Under the pieces are notes generated by a model, which was given only the letters and a program-made list of their open reading frames with translations, made no database searches and was not told where the DNA came from. Below, piece after piece: positions 52,929 to 64,000 of a stretch of 64,000 bases of DNA; positions within the stretch are counted from its first letter, which is position 1, and each line of letters begins with the position of its first letter. The DNA is taken from contig NC_042997.1 of the NCBI RefSeq assembly GCF_006345805.1, positions 151,404,001 to 151,468,000 on the forward strand. The letters run 5' to 3'. The DNA is from Octopus sinensis. Its lineage: Eukaryota. A program made the translations under genes and the position numbers.

Positions 52929-53870
52929 ATGTGTGTGTGTGTGTGTGTGTGTACGCATGTATGTATGTAAACACAAGGAATCGATATTGCATTGCAATTT
53001 GAACGGCCAAATTTCAGCACTAGATTTTGCACAGTTTATCCACTTTACATCTTAAGTCTACTTGTATCACAGAGTTGAAACTTCATAGAGATTATTGAAA
53101 AGAAAATCAAAGAAGTGAAACGGCTCGCTAAAATCAAAGTTACTTTGATTGAGAATATTACTTCTTTAGCTAAAAGGCCTTTAACATGCTTTGATATAAA
53201 ATTTATCAAAAAGGCCAAATTTAGTGTTTGCTTTTGCAGTTTTTTATTTACTTTTTTTCATTCTGCAATCTTTTTATCAGAGAATTTTGCATAAATTTTC
53301 TTTTGTACCACCAATAGAGTATGTGGATATTAATGTTTATATAAAGTTGAAATATTTACAACGATTAAATATATAAGCACCTATTAAGACCCCTATGAGA
53401 GAATGAGTTTACCCAATGTAAATGGATATCCGTCGCATTTTAAGATGAGCGTTCTAGCTGTATAGTCGACTAGACTAACTATCGCTGAAATGTTGTCTAC
53501 ATGGCTGAATATAGTATAATTACCTGTAAAATAACTAATTCTCAAACAGAATAAGCGGGACACTGTATGTTATGAAGGTAGGGTTTCAAATTAAATGTTC
53601 AAAAATCCGATGGGCTTCCAAGTTTTCTTTGAACTCAGTTTTCGCCAAAAGAGTTGAGTCAGCCCAATAGTATGTTACAGACATTTAAGCGAGATATTGA
53701 GCAGTGGATTGAAACCCGAAACCTCGTAAATGTCAAGCCAAGTGAATTACTAAACAACACGCCGTGTCTAGATAACACTAAAATCGTGTGGGGTATATAT
53801 GTATATATTTAAGATATATACTTATTTACATTAAAGAGTCATATATATATACATATGTTTATATATATAT

Positions 53871-53936
<66 letters not shown>

Positions 53937-54056
53937 TGATGTATTTAGGAATGGTCATTTTGCCAGTTTAGCCAATAAAAACACACGCACTATATATTTG
54001 GTGTTATTTTGCTTCAGCGTCATTCATTTCTTTTACATTAATCTTAATCTTATTTC

Positions 54057-54100
54057 GGCCAGAATTCTTTCGTCACACTCCTGTGATCTCATCAGTGGTC
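54057..54100 (-). ncRNA. Minimal type I hammerhead-like motif with canonical core
   Basis: 5'-GACCA CUGAUGA GAUCACA GGAG UGUGAC GAA AGAAUU C^ UGGCC-3'; stem II has one bulge, stem III is weak, stem I has one mismatch. Confidence 0.5.
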
Positions 54101-54281
54101 TTTTGCTTTCTACTTTCTTATTTGTATGTGTCTTCATTTGCGCATGCGTATGCCTCTGTGTGTCTATGTTTAGTTAGTGTGTGTGGGGGGAGTGCCTGTA
54201 ATATTTGTATCTCCTGTTTATATGTTCGTGTAATTTGCATTTTTTTGTTTATTTTTATTTTGTTCATGTGTATACACCTAC

Positions 54282-54313
<32 letters not shown>

Positions 54314-54361
54314 TTTAATGTATATAGTTATTTTCTTCCATTTTGTTTTTGTTTTTGTTTT

Positions 54362-54567
54362 TCCAGTTTCAGCTCTTGAGCTGTGGCCATGCTGGGGCAC
54401 CGCCATTGTGGTGAAAGAGTACAGCAGGGATCACCACCCCCTGCCAGAGCCTCGTAGAGCTTTTAGGTGTTTTCGCTCAATAAACACACACAACGCCCAG
54501 TCTGAGAATCGAAACCTCGATCCTGCGACCGCGAGTCCGCTGCCCTAACCACTAGGCCATTGCGCCT
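54362..54567 (-). mobile_element. tRNA-derived SINE of a second family (tRNA-Arg-like head)
   Basis: Minus strand aggcgcaatggcctagtggttagggcagcggactcgcggtcgcaggatcgaggtttcgattctc has clear A and B boxes; its 3' ggcggtgccccagcatggccacagc is shared with the other SINE family. Confidence 0.8.
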
Positions 54568-55494
54568 CTAATTTGTTTATTTATTTGTGTATTTTATTAT
54601 GTTTTTAGTTTTGTTTATATTGTTACCTGTTTATGGGGATCTTCTTCTGTCAAATGTTGTGGTGTGTGCTAGTGTTTCATTCCAGTTTCCTATTCAGGCT
54701 TGGATTATCTTCTATTATGTGTGTAGCTTCCATAATTTGTCTGATTGTTGCGTCTTTTCTATGTGTGGACAAGATTTTAACTTCTATGTTGTTGATTTAA
54801 AAAATAATAATAATAATAATAAGTAGGTGTAAACACATGAACAAAATAAAAATAAGCAAAAACAATATCTGTTTCAACACACGATTTCACATCATAAATC
54901 TTGCAAAACAAATATATATATGAACCCACACATACATCCCATACACACGGCACGCAATTATACATACACGTACACAATTATACATACATATATATAGACA
55001 CACACGCACGTACAAGCACACACGCACGTACAAGCACACACGCACGTACAAGCACACACGCACACATACACTAAGTTAAGAACAGTTACTCGCCACACAC
55101 CCAAACTCTACGCATACACACACGAACACACACATACACACACACACACACTACAAACAAAACACACACACACGATACATATACATACACGCACACACAC
55201 ATACCTCTTTGTTTTTGACCTGTGCTGGACACAAAAATCACCACTCCTTATTCTTACAGACTGGCCAGCTACTAGCCAGTTGTTCGCCATACACACATAC
55301 ACACACACGCATCCACACACACACACACGTGTCATCATTGCACACATACACACACGCGCGCACCCGCAGACCTTCGCGCACGCACACATTCCCTTGTCCT
55401 TACCATACCGTCTTTGAAACTCTCCTGTCTTTAAAAAACATTATTCTTCCACCTTTCAACTTCCGGCCTTTCAATATGTGACCTCGTGAGTACC

Positions 55495-55686
55495 GCCAGC
55501 GATTTTTTTTTCCTCTGTCTTCCCTTCTCGGGATCTTTCCTTCTCCTATGTTTCCGACGAAGAGCTCCGCTCGAAACGTTAAGCCCTCCTTCTTCCCTTC
55601 TTTCCTGAGCATTCAATAATACTTTATTTGTTCCACGTCCTCGCGTTGCTGTGTTTTTTTGTGTTTTCTTGTTTGGATTAACTATA
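55495..55686 (+). mobile_element. Short PLE-type element, copy 3 of 3, with hammerhead variant at 55550-55584
   Basis: Inverted homologue of 6771-6958; the motif reads GUUU CCGACGA A GAGC UCC GCUC GAA ACGU U AAGC. Confidence 0.6.
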
Positions 55687-55688
55687 TA

Positions 55689-55735
<47 letters not shown>

Positions 55736-55737
<2 letters not shown>

Positions 55738-56045
55738 CAAATTAATAAATAAAACATATGCATATATACATACATATATGTACGTACCTACATCTACATG
55801 TATATATACATGCATATATGTGTACAGGACACCAAAAAAATACGTCGAACACAATGAGAAACGAAAACTTAAACACAAAACCAATGAAATGGACTTCCAT
55901 AGTTTTGTGTTTATGTTTTCGTTTCTCATTGTGTTCGACGTTTTTTTGTGTCCTGTACCCATATATGCATGTATATATACATGTAGATGTAGGTACGTAT
56001 ATATATGTATGTGTATATGTATTTTTATTTATTTATTAATTTGTT
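55736..56045. repeat. ~310-bp fold-back palindrome (arms ~147 bp)
   Basis: aacaaattaataaat...gtcgaacacaatgagaaacgaaaac is mirrored by gttttcgtttctcattgtgttcgac...atttattaatttgtt; the ORF track shows near-identical peptides on both strands. Confidence 0.9.
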
Positions 56046-56111
56046 TTTATACGACAGAACGCACGCATCCATTTCTAAGTAAGTTTGTTCTGTATATACA
56101 CACACACACAC

Positions 56112-56245
<134 letters not shown>

Positions 56246-56466
56246 GATGTGTGTGTATACATATCTATTGAATCTTGGAAATGGTAATCTTTCTGCCAAT
56301 TAAACACACGCACTATTTATTTGATATCCACTTCGTGTGGGGACACAAATTTGACAAAAATATCAATTAAAATAGTGATAAAATTAAAGTGAACATCCAA
56401 TGAATAGTGTGTGAGGTTAATTGGAAAAGGATATTGATGATGATGATGATAATAATAATAATAATG

Positions 56467-56524
<58 letters not shown>

Positions 56525-56563
56525 TAATAATAATAATAATGATAATAATAATAATAATAATAA

Positions 56564-59500
56564 CACATACATATAAAATATGGAAGGAAAATAATAGAGA
56601 TTTAGACTTGGATACAGCAATGAACCCTAATAAATTAGCTAACGTACGAAGATACATTCTCAACACAAAAAAAATATCAGAAATAGAAATAGAACACCTA
56701 AAAGAAAACATACACCAGGAAAATGTAGCTAGAAGCCACACAACAATGCCCAATAATATAAACACTGAAACTGTAAAACACGAAGACAAACGCAACATTC
56801 CCAACAAACACGATGTAAACAACGAAGGGGAGCCTAATGATTATGATAATATAAAGAATAAAATAATCAAAGAACTAAAAACCACAGAGCTCAAAATGGA
56901 CCACCGACCATACCTCCCAAGAATAAAAATAAACGCAATAACAACACCAATTATACACAACATAAACCTAGCCGTCACTGAACTAGCCACTGAAACAAAA
57001 AAAGTGATATCACTGAACTAAATGACTTGATATACGCAGCAGCCACTGCAGCCACAAAAGAAGCTGGATACTCACCCAAACCCGCCCAAACAGGAGTACC
57101 ACCACCCAAACAAACCCTGTGGATAAATAACATCCAAAACAAAATAAAAAAAATTAGAAAAGACCTGTCGCTTCTTAATGAAATCAGCAAACAAGCAACG
57201 CTACTGAGCAACAAAAAGAGAACAAAAATGCTCCGCAAATATAACACCACAGAAAAAGATTTGCCGGAGATAAAAGAAAAGCTGAAGCAAGATATCCTTG
57301 CCAAAGCTCAAAGGATCCGCCGGTACGAGAAACGCCAACGCTTCTTTGAACAGAACAAAAAGTTCAACTCCGACCCCAAAAAGTTCTACCAAGAACTGGG
57401 CAAAAATAAAATAGAAGTCACTGCAGCACCAACGGCAGAAGAATTGGAAGAATTCTGGGGAGAAATATGGTCGGCGAACGAACCACCAAAAAAAAGGAGT
57501 ATCAAAATAACAAACTCGGCATCTGAACAAACTTGGACCCCCATAACAACTGAAGAGGTCACCCAGGCACTGCAAAGACTAAGCAACTGGAAGGCACCTG
57601 GGCATGACAAGATCCCCAACTTCTGGTTGAAATATCTAACAGGAATGCACAAAAAGCTGGCTGAAAACTTTAACAACGTACTAGCAGAGCCAGAGACAAT
57701 GCCTGAATGGCTCACAAAGGAGAAAACCATCTTAATTCCAAAATCAAATGAAACAGAAAAGCCAGAAAACTACAGACCAATAACCTGCCTCCCTACTATG
57801 TTCAAGGCATTTACTGCAGTGATATCACAAAGGCTGAACAAGCACCTGGACGAAAACAAACTGTTCCCAGAGGAGCAGAAAGGATGCCGCAAAGGCTCAT
57901 ATGGCTGTAAAGATCAACTAATGATTAATAAAGCCATAACTGAAGACAGCCTCAGAAAGAAGAAAGGCATCAGTATGGCCTGGATTGACTACAAAAAGGC
58001 GTTTGATAGCATCCCCCACACATGGATCCTCGAAACACTAGCCATTAACAAAGTAGCACCAACAATCATAAAATTCATAGAGCACTCTATGAATAAATGG
58101 CAAACAGTCCTACACACCCAAACAAAAGAGGGACTCATGAAAACCAAAGACATCCCCATTAGAAGAGGAATATTCCAGGGAGATACGCTCTCTCCACTCC
58201 TTTTCTGCTTGGCACTGTCACCTCTATCTGATATGCTAAATAGAACTGGATGCGGATATAAATGTTACGGCAAAACGATCAGCAACCTTTTATATATGGA
58301 TGACCTAAAACTATACGCTGCAAATGACAAACAGCTGGAAACACTATTAAAGACAGTTCATGGATTTACCAAAGAAATAGATATGAAATTTGGATTAGAA
58401 AAATGCGCCAAAGTAACCATGAAAAGAGGAAAACTAGTTAAGAGTAACAACATCACACTAGATGAAGCAAATGAAATAAAAGAATTAGACCAAAGCCAAA
58501 CTTACAAATACTTAGGAATCTATGAACTAGATAAGACACAACACAGACAAATGAAAGAGAAAATAAAAAAAGAATATTATAGACGAGTTAGATCAATACT
58601 AAACACAGAGCTCAATGCTAAAAACAATATAATAGGTATCAACACTTTAGCTGTCCCAGTTATAAGTTACAGCTACAATATCCTTAACTGGACACGAAAT
58701 GAACTGACCAAAATAGACAGGTAAAACAAGAAAAATACCGACAGGATCTAGGATGCATCACTCAAAATCTGACATAGAAAGACTATATATACAAGGTATA
58801 GAAGGTGGTAGAGGCCTTATACAGCTGGAAAACTACTATAAAATAACCACCATAGGACTGCAAAAATATCTACTTCAGAAGGAATGAAAACTGATCCAGA
58901 TAGCGGCAAAACACGAGCAAAACAAAAAACTGTTCTCAGTATTTAAGGAAGCTGACAAATACAAACAAGAAATCATACCACCTAATAAACATGAAGAAGA
59001 AGAAGAAGAAGATGAAGAAACAACAAAAGCTATAAAACAAGTGAAATCCAAACTAAAAATAGAACAGCAACGAACCATGATAAAACGATGGCAAGAAAAG
59101 CCCCTTCATGGTAAATACTGGACTAAACTAAACGCAAAAGAAATAGACAAAGAAAAATCCCAGCAATAGTTGAGAAGCTCAGGACTCAAAGCAGAAACAG
59201 AGGGATTTTTAATTGCAGCACAAGACCAAAGCCTCCCCACCAGAAATTACCAAAAACATGTAATGAAAAGAAATATTACAAGTAACTGCAGAATATGTGG
59301 AGATGGACAAGAAACAATGAATCATATTATCTCTAGCTGCCCAGTCCTGGCTAAGAAGGAATATATTCACAGACATGACAGAGTTGGAACTTACATACAT
59401 TGGAAGCTATGCCAACATTATGGAATAACAACAGAAAAAAGATGGTATAGGCACACACCAGAAAAGGTCACAGAAAACGAGAAAGCAACCATACTCTGGG

Positions 59501-59983
59501 ATATGCCGATACACACAGATAGAGAAATTAAGGCCAACAGACCAGATATAGTTGTCAGAGTCCATGAAGAAAAAAAATGCTTTCTAATTGATGTATCAGT
59601 ACCGGCAGATGACAACGTGTCTCTAAAAGAAATGGAGAAACTCTCAAAATACAAAGACCTGGAAATAGAGGTAACTAGAATGTGGAATCTGAAAACAGAA
59701 ACAATTCCTATCATAGTAGGTGCATTAGGCATGATAAAAAAATATTCAGACAAATACATAACAAAAACACCAGGACTTACAAACACATATAACATACAGA
59801 AAATTGCACTACTAGGCACTGCACACATCCTACGCAGAACACTTTCCATACAATAACCATCAGAGCATCACAACAAATCACAGCACATACCCAAGGCACA
59901 CAGAGCTGCGCTCGGTAGTGAAGTGAAAGCACGCTATAAAAATAAAAATAAAACTACTGAATAATAATAATAATGATAATAAT
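56564..59983 (+). mobile_element. Young, 5'-truncated R4/Dong-like RLE LINE in (AAT)n, inactivated
   Basis: Single disrupted ORF: RT (WKAPGHD, YRPITCL, IDYKKAFDS, QGDTLSPLLF, YMDD), CCHC knuckle CRICGDGQETMNHIISSC, and RLE RPDIVV..FLIDVS..EKLSKY; stop at 59854-59856, ~105-bp 3' UTR, (AAT)n tail. Lesions: A-run frameshift ~56997-57003, +T at 58722, TGA at 58885, TAG at 59167. Confidence 0.95.
57027..58724 (+). pseudogene. Reverse transcriptase-containing ORF fragment (565 aa) of the R4/Dong-like LINE
   Basis: Non-LTR RT motifs as above; bounded by frameshifts. Confidence 0.9.
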
Positions 59984-60324
59984 GGTTTCATTTATTTGCT
60001 ACAAGGACGAAGGTTGGTGGGGACAGTACAAAAACAGATATAAAGTGTCGTTGTTTACATATAATGAAATGATAAAAAAAAATATTAAGTATACACCGTA
60101 TGCACAGAAAAAGGTTAACAGAAAATAAAATGTGCGGGAAGGATGATAGAGATGTGGCCCACCTGGTACAGGAAGGCCTCAAGGGATAATCGAGAAACCT
60201 TACTGACCTAGATTTCCCTGAAACCATAAGAGCAAGTGTCCTCTCCAATTCCTTCTCTCCGACACAGAGGTCTGCATTGAGAGAGTTACTACCCACTCTT
60301 GTCATTATTAATAGTAATAATAGT

Positions 60325-60485
60325 TTAAACTTTTGACACAATGCCAGAAATTTCGAGGGAGGGTCCGTGTCGTTTCCGTTGACCCCAGTGCGCAAATGGA
60401 ACTTATTGTATCACCCCATCCCACACGAATTTGATGAAAAGCAAACTCGACCTCGGCGGAATTTGAAATCCAAATGTAAAGATGG
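60325..60485 (-). mobile_element. Old SINE fragment; related pieces at ~3640-3700 and ~39330-39420
   Basis: ttttgacacaatgccagaaatttcgaggg...gaccccagtg...gcaaactcgacctcggcggaatttgaa. Confidence 0.55.
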
Positions 60486-60955
60486 ATAACATTTGTGTGT
60501 GTGTGTGTATTTCTTATATATGTATATATATATATATGTGTGTATGTATTGTTCATCTGTGTATGTATATTTTTCTCTCTTTATATCTGAATAGATATGA
60601 GAAAAACTTTCCTTGTCCAGTGGACAATTTGAACCCAGAGTAACAAATTAAGGAAATACTTGTCAGTCAGACATTTTGTGCGTTGCCTATAACTATGACC
60701 TCACTCTTAGATATGGGGGAAAGGGCATTGAAAAAAGTCAGTAAATTTTGCCAGCAACACCGTCAACCTTCAACCCCCTTCCTCACATTGACATTCTTCA
60801 ATCTCTTGCAGCTGTGACACTAGCAAGATGTCTGCTGCTTGGTTAGAGAACTTTCATTGATGATGCCGCTACTGATGATGGTGATATTTTGGTGATGATT
60901 ATAATAATGGTTTGTTTATTGGCAAAGAACTGGTTACTTGTACACACACACGCAC

Positions 60956-60998
<43 letters not shown>

Positions 60999-61084
60999 CA
61001 CACACACACACACCTATAGCTATGTTTGTATGTAAGTATGTATACACTTATACATATATGTATATATATATATATATCTGTGTG

Positions 61085-61120
<36 letters not shown>

Positions 61121-61401
61121 GGCATATATATAAATATATGATTTATAATATATATGTATATTATAGGTAGATAAGTAGAAAGATAGATAGATAGAGACAT
61201 AATTAGAGAGACAAAGGGTTATATGCTCGCGTATTTATGTACATGTATATATACATACATACACATATATTTATATACATATACATGTATACATATATGT
61301 ATGTGTGTGTATATATATATATATGTATATATACATATATATATTCATATGCATATATATATACACACACGCACACAAACATATATATCTATATATCTAG
61401 C

Positions 61402-61441
<40 letters not shown>

Positions 61442-61749
61442 CTCACGCATGAAGCCAAACAATAACTTAATAGGGTTGGGTGAGGTGTAATATGGGAAGG
61501 GCAGGAAGAAGCTCATTAGAATCTATGAAATGTCAAATCTCCACAAAGCAATACAAAAATGATGGTTAATGAACAAGGAAATTCTATATAATAATACAAC
61601 TCTTTATTTTTAGTCCAACTCAATACCAAGGGTCAACACTGAATTTCAAATTATACGTCCGCCCCTATTGATTTTTGTTCTTCTTCCCTTTGCAGCTGCT
61701 TCGTTACTTTTCATTGTTTGACTTTTTTTTATCATTTTCGGCTTTTTCA

Positions 61750-62045
61750 TTATTATTATTGTTTTTATTGTTGTTGTTGTTGTTGTTATTGATTTGACCC
61801 AGGTTCGTTCTTACTTCTTGTACAATTCATCTGGATAATGGGTTACTACCTGTAAACTCAGGTTACCGCAAACTTTCCATAGACTTTCAATTGAACATCT
61901 TTCGTATCCCTAGAGGCAAACAGTATGTAGAAGCTCGACGAGACATTCTATTCTGATCTCCGTCAGCCATTTGTCCACAGCTTTACACATCATTCCCGAT
62001 GCACCAATTATTGCAGGCACAATTTGTACTATTTTCGTAGACCAA
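61750..62045 (-). mobile_element. Older R4/Dong-like 3' fragment directly downstream of the young minus-strand copy
   Basis: Minus strand WSTKIVQIVPAIIGASGMMCKAVDKWLTEIRIECLVELLHTVCL*G is an RLE C-terminus; it is followed by a 3' UTR and an AAC/AAT tail at ~61750-61795. Confidence 0.7.
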
Positions 62046-62070
62046 TTGTTGTTGTTGTTGTTGTTGTTGC

Positions 62071-62140
<70 letters not shown>

Positions 62141-64000
62141 TAGTTTTATTTTTATAGCGTGCTTTCACTTCACTACCGAGCGCAGCTCTGTGTGCCTTGG
62201 GTATGTGCTGTGATTTGTTGTGATGCTCTGATGGTTATTGTATGGAAAGTGTTCTGCGTAGGATGTGTGCAGTGCCTAGTAGTGCAATTTTCTGTATGTT
62301 ATATGTGTTTGTAAGTCCTGGTGTTTTTGTTATGTATTTGTCTGAATATTTTTTTATCATGCCTAATGCACCTACTATGATAGGAATTGTTTCTGTTTTC
62401 AGGTTCCACATTCTAGTTACCTCTATTTCCAGGTCTTTGTATTTTGAGAGCTTCTCCATTTCTTTTAGAGACACGTTGTCATCTGCCGGTATTGATACAT
62501 CAATTAGAAAGCATTTTTTTTCTTCATGATCTCTGACAACTATATCTGGTCTGTTGGCCTTAATTTCTCTATCTGTGTGTATCGGCATATCCCAGAGTAT
62601 GGTTGCTTTCTCGTTTTCTGTGACCTTTTCTGGTGTGTGCCTATACCATCTTTTTTCTGTTGTTATTCCATAATGTTGGCATAGCTTCCAATGTATGTAG
62701 GTTCCAACTCTGTCATGTCTGTGAATATATTCCTTCTTAGCCAAGACTGGGCAGCTAGAGATAATATGATTTATTGTTTCTTGTCCATCTCCACATATTC
62801 TGCAGTTACTTGTAATATTTCTTTTCATTACATGTTTTTGGTAATTTCTGGTGGGGAGGCTTTGGTCTTGTGCTGCAATTAAAAATCCCTCTGTTTCTGC
62901 TTTGAGTCCTGAGCTTCTCAACCATTGCTGGGATTTTTCTTTGTCTATTTCTTTTGCGTTTAGTTTAGTCCAGTATTTACCATGAAGGGGCTTTTCTTGC
63001 CATCGTTTTATCATGGCTCGTTGCTGTTCTATTTTTAGGTTGGATTTCATTTGTTTTATAGCTTTTGTTGTTTCTTCATCATCTTCTTCTTCTTTGTGTT
63101 TATTAGGTGGTATGATTTCTTGTTTGTATTTGTCAGCTTCCTTAAATACTGAGAACAGTTTTTTGTTTTGCTCGTGTTTTGCCGCTATCTGGATCAGTTT
63201 TCCTTCCTTCTGAAGTAGGTATTTTTGCAGTCCTATGGTGGTTATTTTATAGTAGTTTTCCAGCTGTATAAGGCCTCTACCACCTTCTATACGTTGTATA
63301 TATAGTCTTTCTATGTCAGATTTTGAGTGATGCATCCTAGATCCTGTCGGTATTTTTCTTGTTTTCCTATCTATTTTGGACAGTTCATTTCGTGTCCAGT
63401 TAAGGATATTGTAGCTGTAACTTATAACTGGGACAGCTAAAGTGTTGATACCTATTATCTTGTTTTTAGCATTGAGCTCTGTGTTTAGTATTGATCTCTA
63501 ACTCGTCTATAATATTCTTTTTTTATTTTCTCTTTCATTTGTGTGTGTTGTGTCTTATCTAGTTCATGGATTCCTAAGTATTTGTAAGTTTGGCTTTGGT
63601 CTAATTCTTTTATTTCATTGGTTTTATCTAGTGTGATGTTGTTACTCTTAACTAGTTTTCCTCTTTTCATGGTTACTTTGGCGCATTTTTTTAATCCAAA
63701 TTTCATATCTATTTCTTTGGTAAATCCATGAACTGTCTTTAATAGTGTTTCCAGCTGTTTGTCATTTGCAGCGTATAGTTTTAGGTCATCCATATATAAA
63801 AGGTGGCTGATCGTTTTGCCGTAACATTTATATCCGCATCCAGTTCTATTTAGCATATCAGATAGAGGTGACAGTGCCAAGCAGAAAAGGAGTGGAGAGA
63901 GCGTGTCTCCCTGGAATATTCCTCTTCTAATGGGGATGTCTTTGGTTTTCATGAGTCCCTCTTTTGTTTGGAGGTGTAGGACTGTTTGCCATTTATTCAT
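62071..64000 (-). mobile_element. Young R4/Dong-like RLE LINE, 3' 1.9 kb (continues beyond the window)
   Basis: Near-identical to 58098-59983. RT C-terminal half (QGDTLSPLLF, YMDD); intact CCHC and RLE in ORF 62235-63335; only lesion seen is a 2-bp insertion at ~63495-63498. Confidence 0.95.

Noticed and set aside
54500-54567. tRNA gene
   Set aside because: The tRNA-like A/B boxes are a SINE head continuous with SINE body sequence; no complete cloverleaf. The same applies to the other SINE heads.
57201-62882. ORFs antisense to the LINE ORFs (57201-57730, 58875-59849, 62242-63213)
   Set aside because: Shadow frames of the LINE coding strand.

Overview
AT-rich eukaryotic repeat landscape, dense in microsatellites, with no convincing host gene; most ORFs in the track are microsatellite or antisense artefacts. 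The tRNA-headed SINE families and repeat profile look like an octopus (coleoid cephalopod) genome; this is inferred from recalled consensus motifs, not from a search. Main content: (i) several generations of R4/Dong-like RLE LINEs sitting in (AAT)n tracts, including two young near-identical copies arranged tail-to-tail (56564-59983 +, 62071-64000 -, running off the window); (ii) a decayed Penelope-like element (PLE, ~7620-9480 -) whose GIY-YIG domain is split by a ~115-codon low-complexity insert; (iii) short PLE-type elements beside (TA)n tracts, several as fold-back palindromes and several carrying minimal type I hammerhead ribozyme motifs (canonical at 24300-24342; a recurrent CCGACGA-core variant in three copies; another at 54057-54100); (iv) RTE and CR1-group 3' fragments, a hAT MITE, an internally deleted mariner, many SINEs and several local tandem duplications. 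All alignments, folds and identities were done by eye and need computational confirmation.
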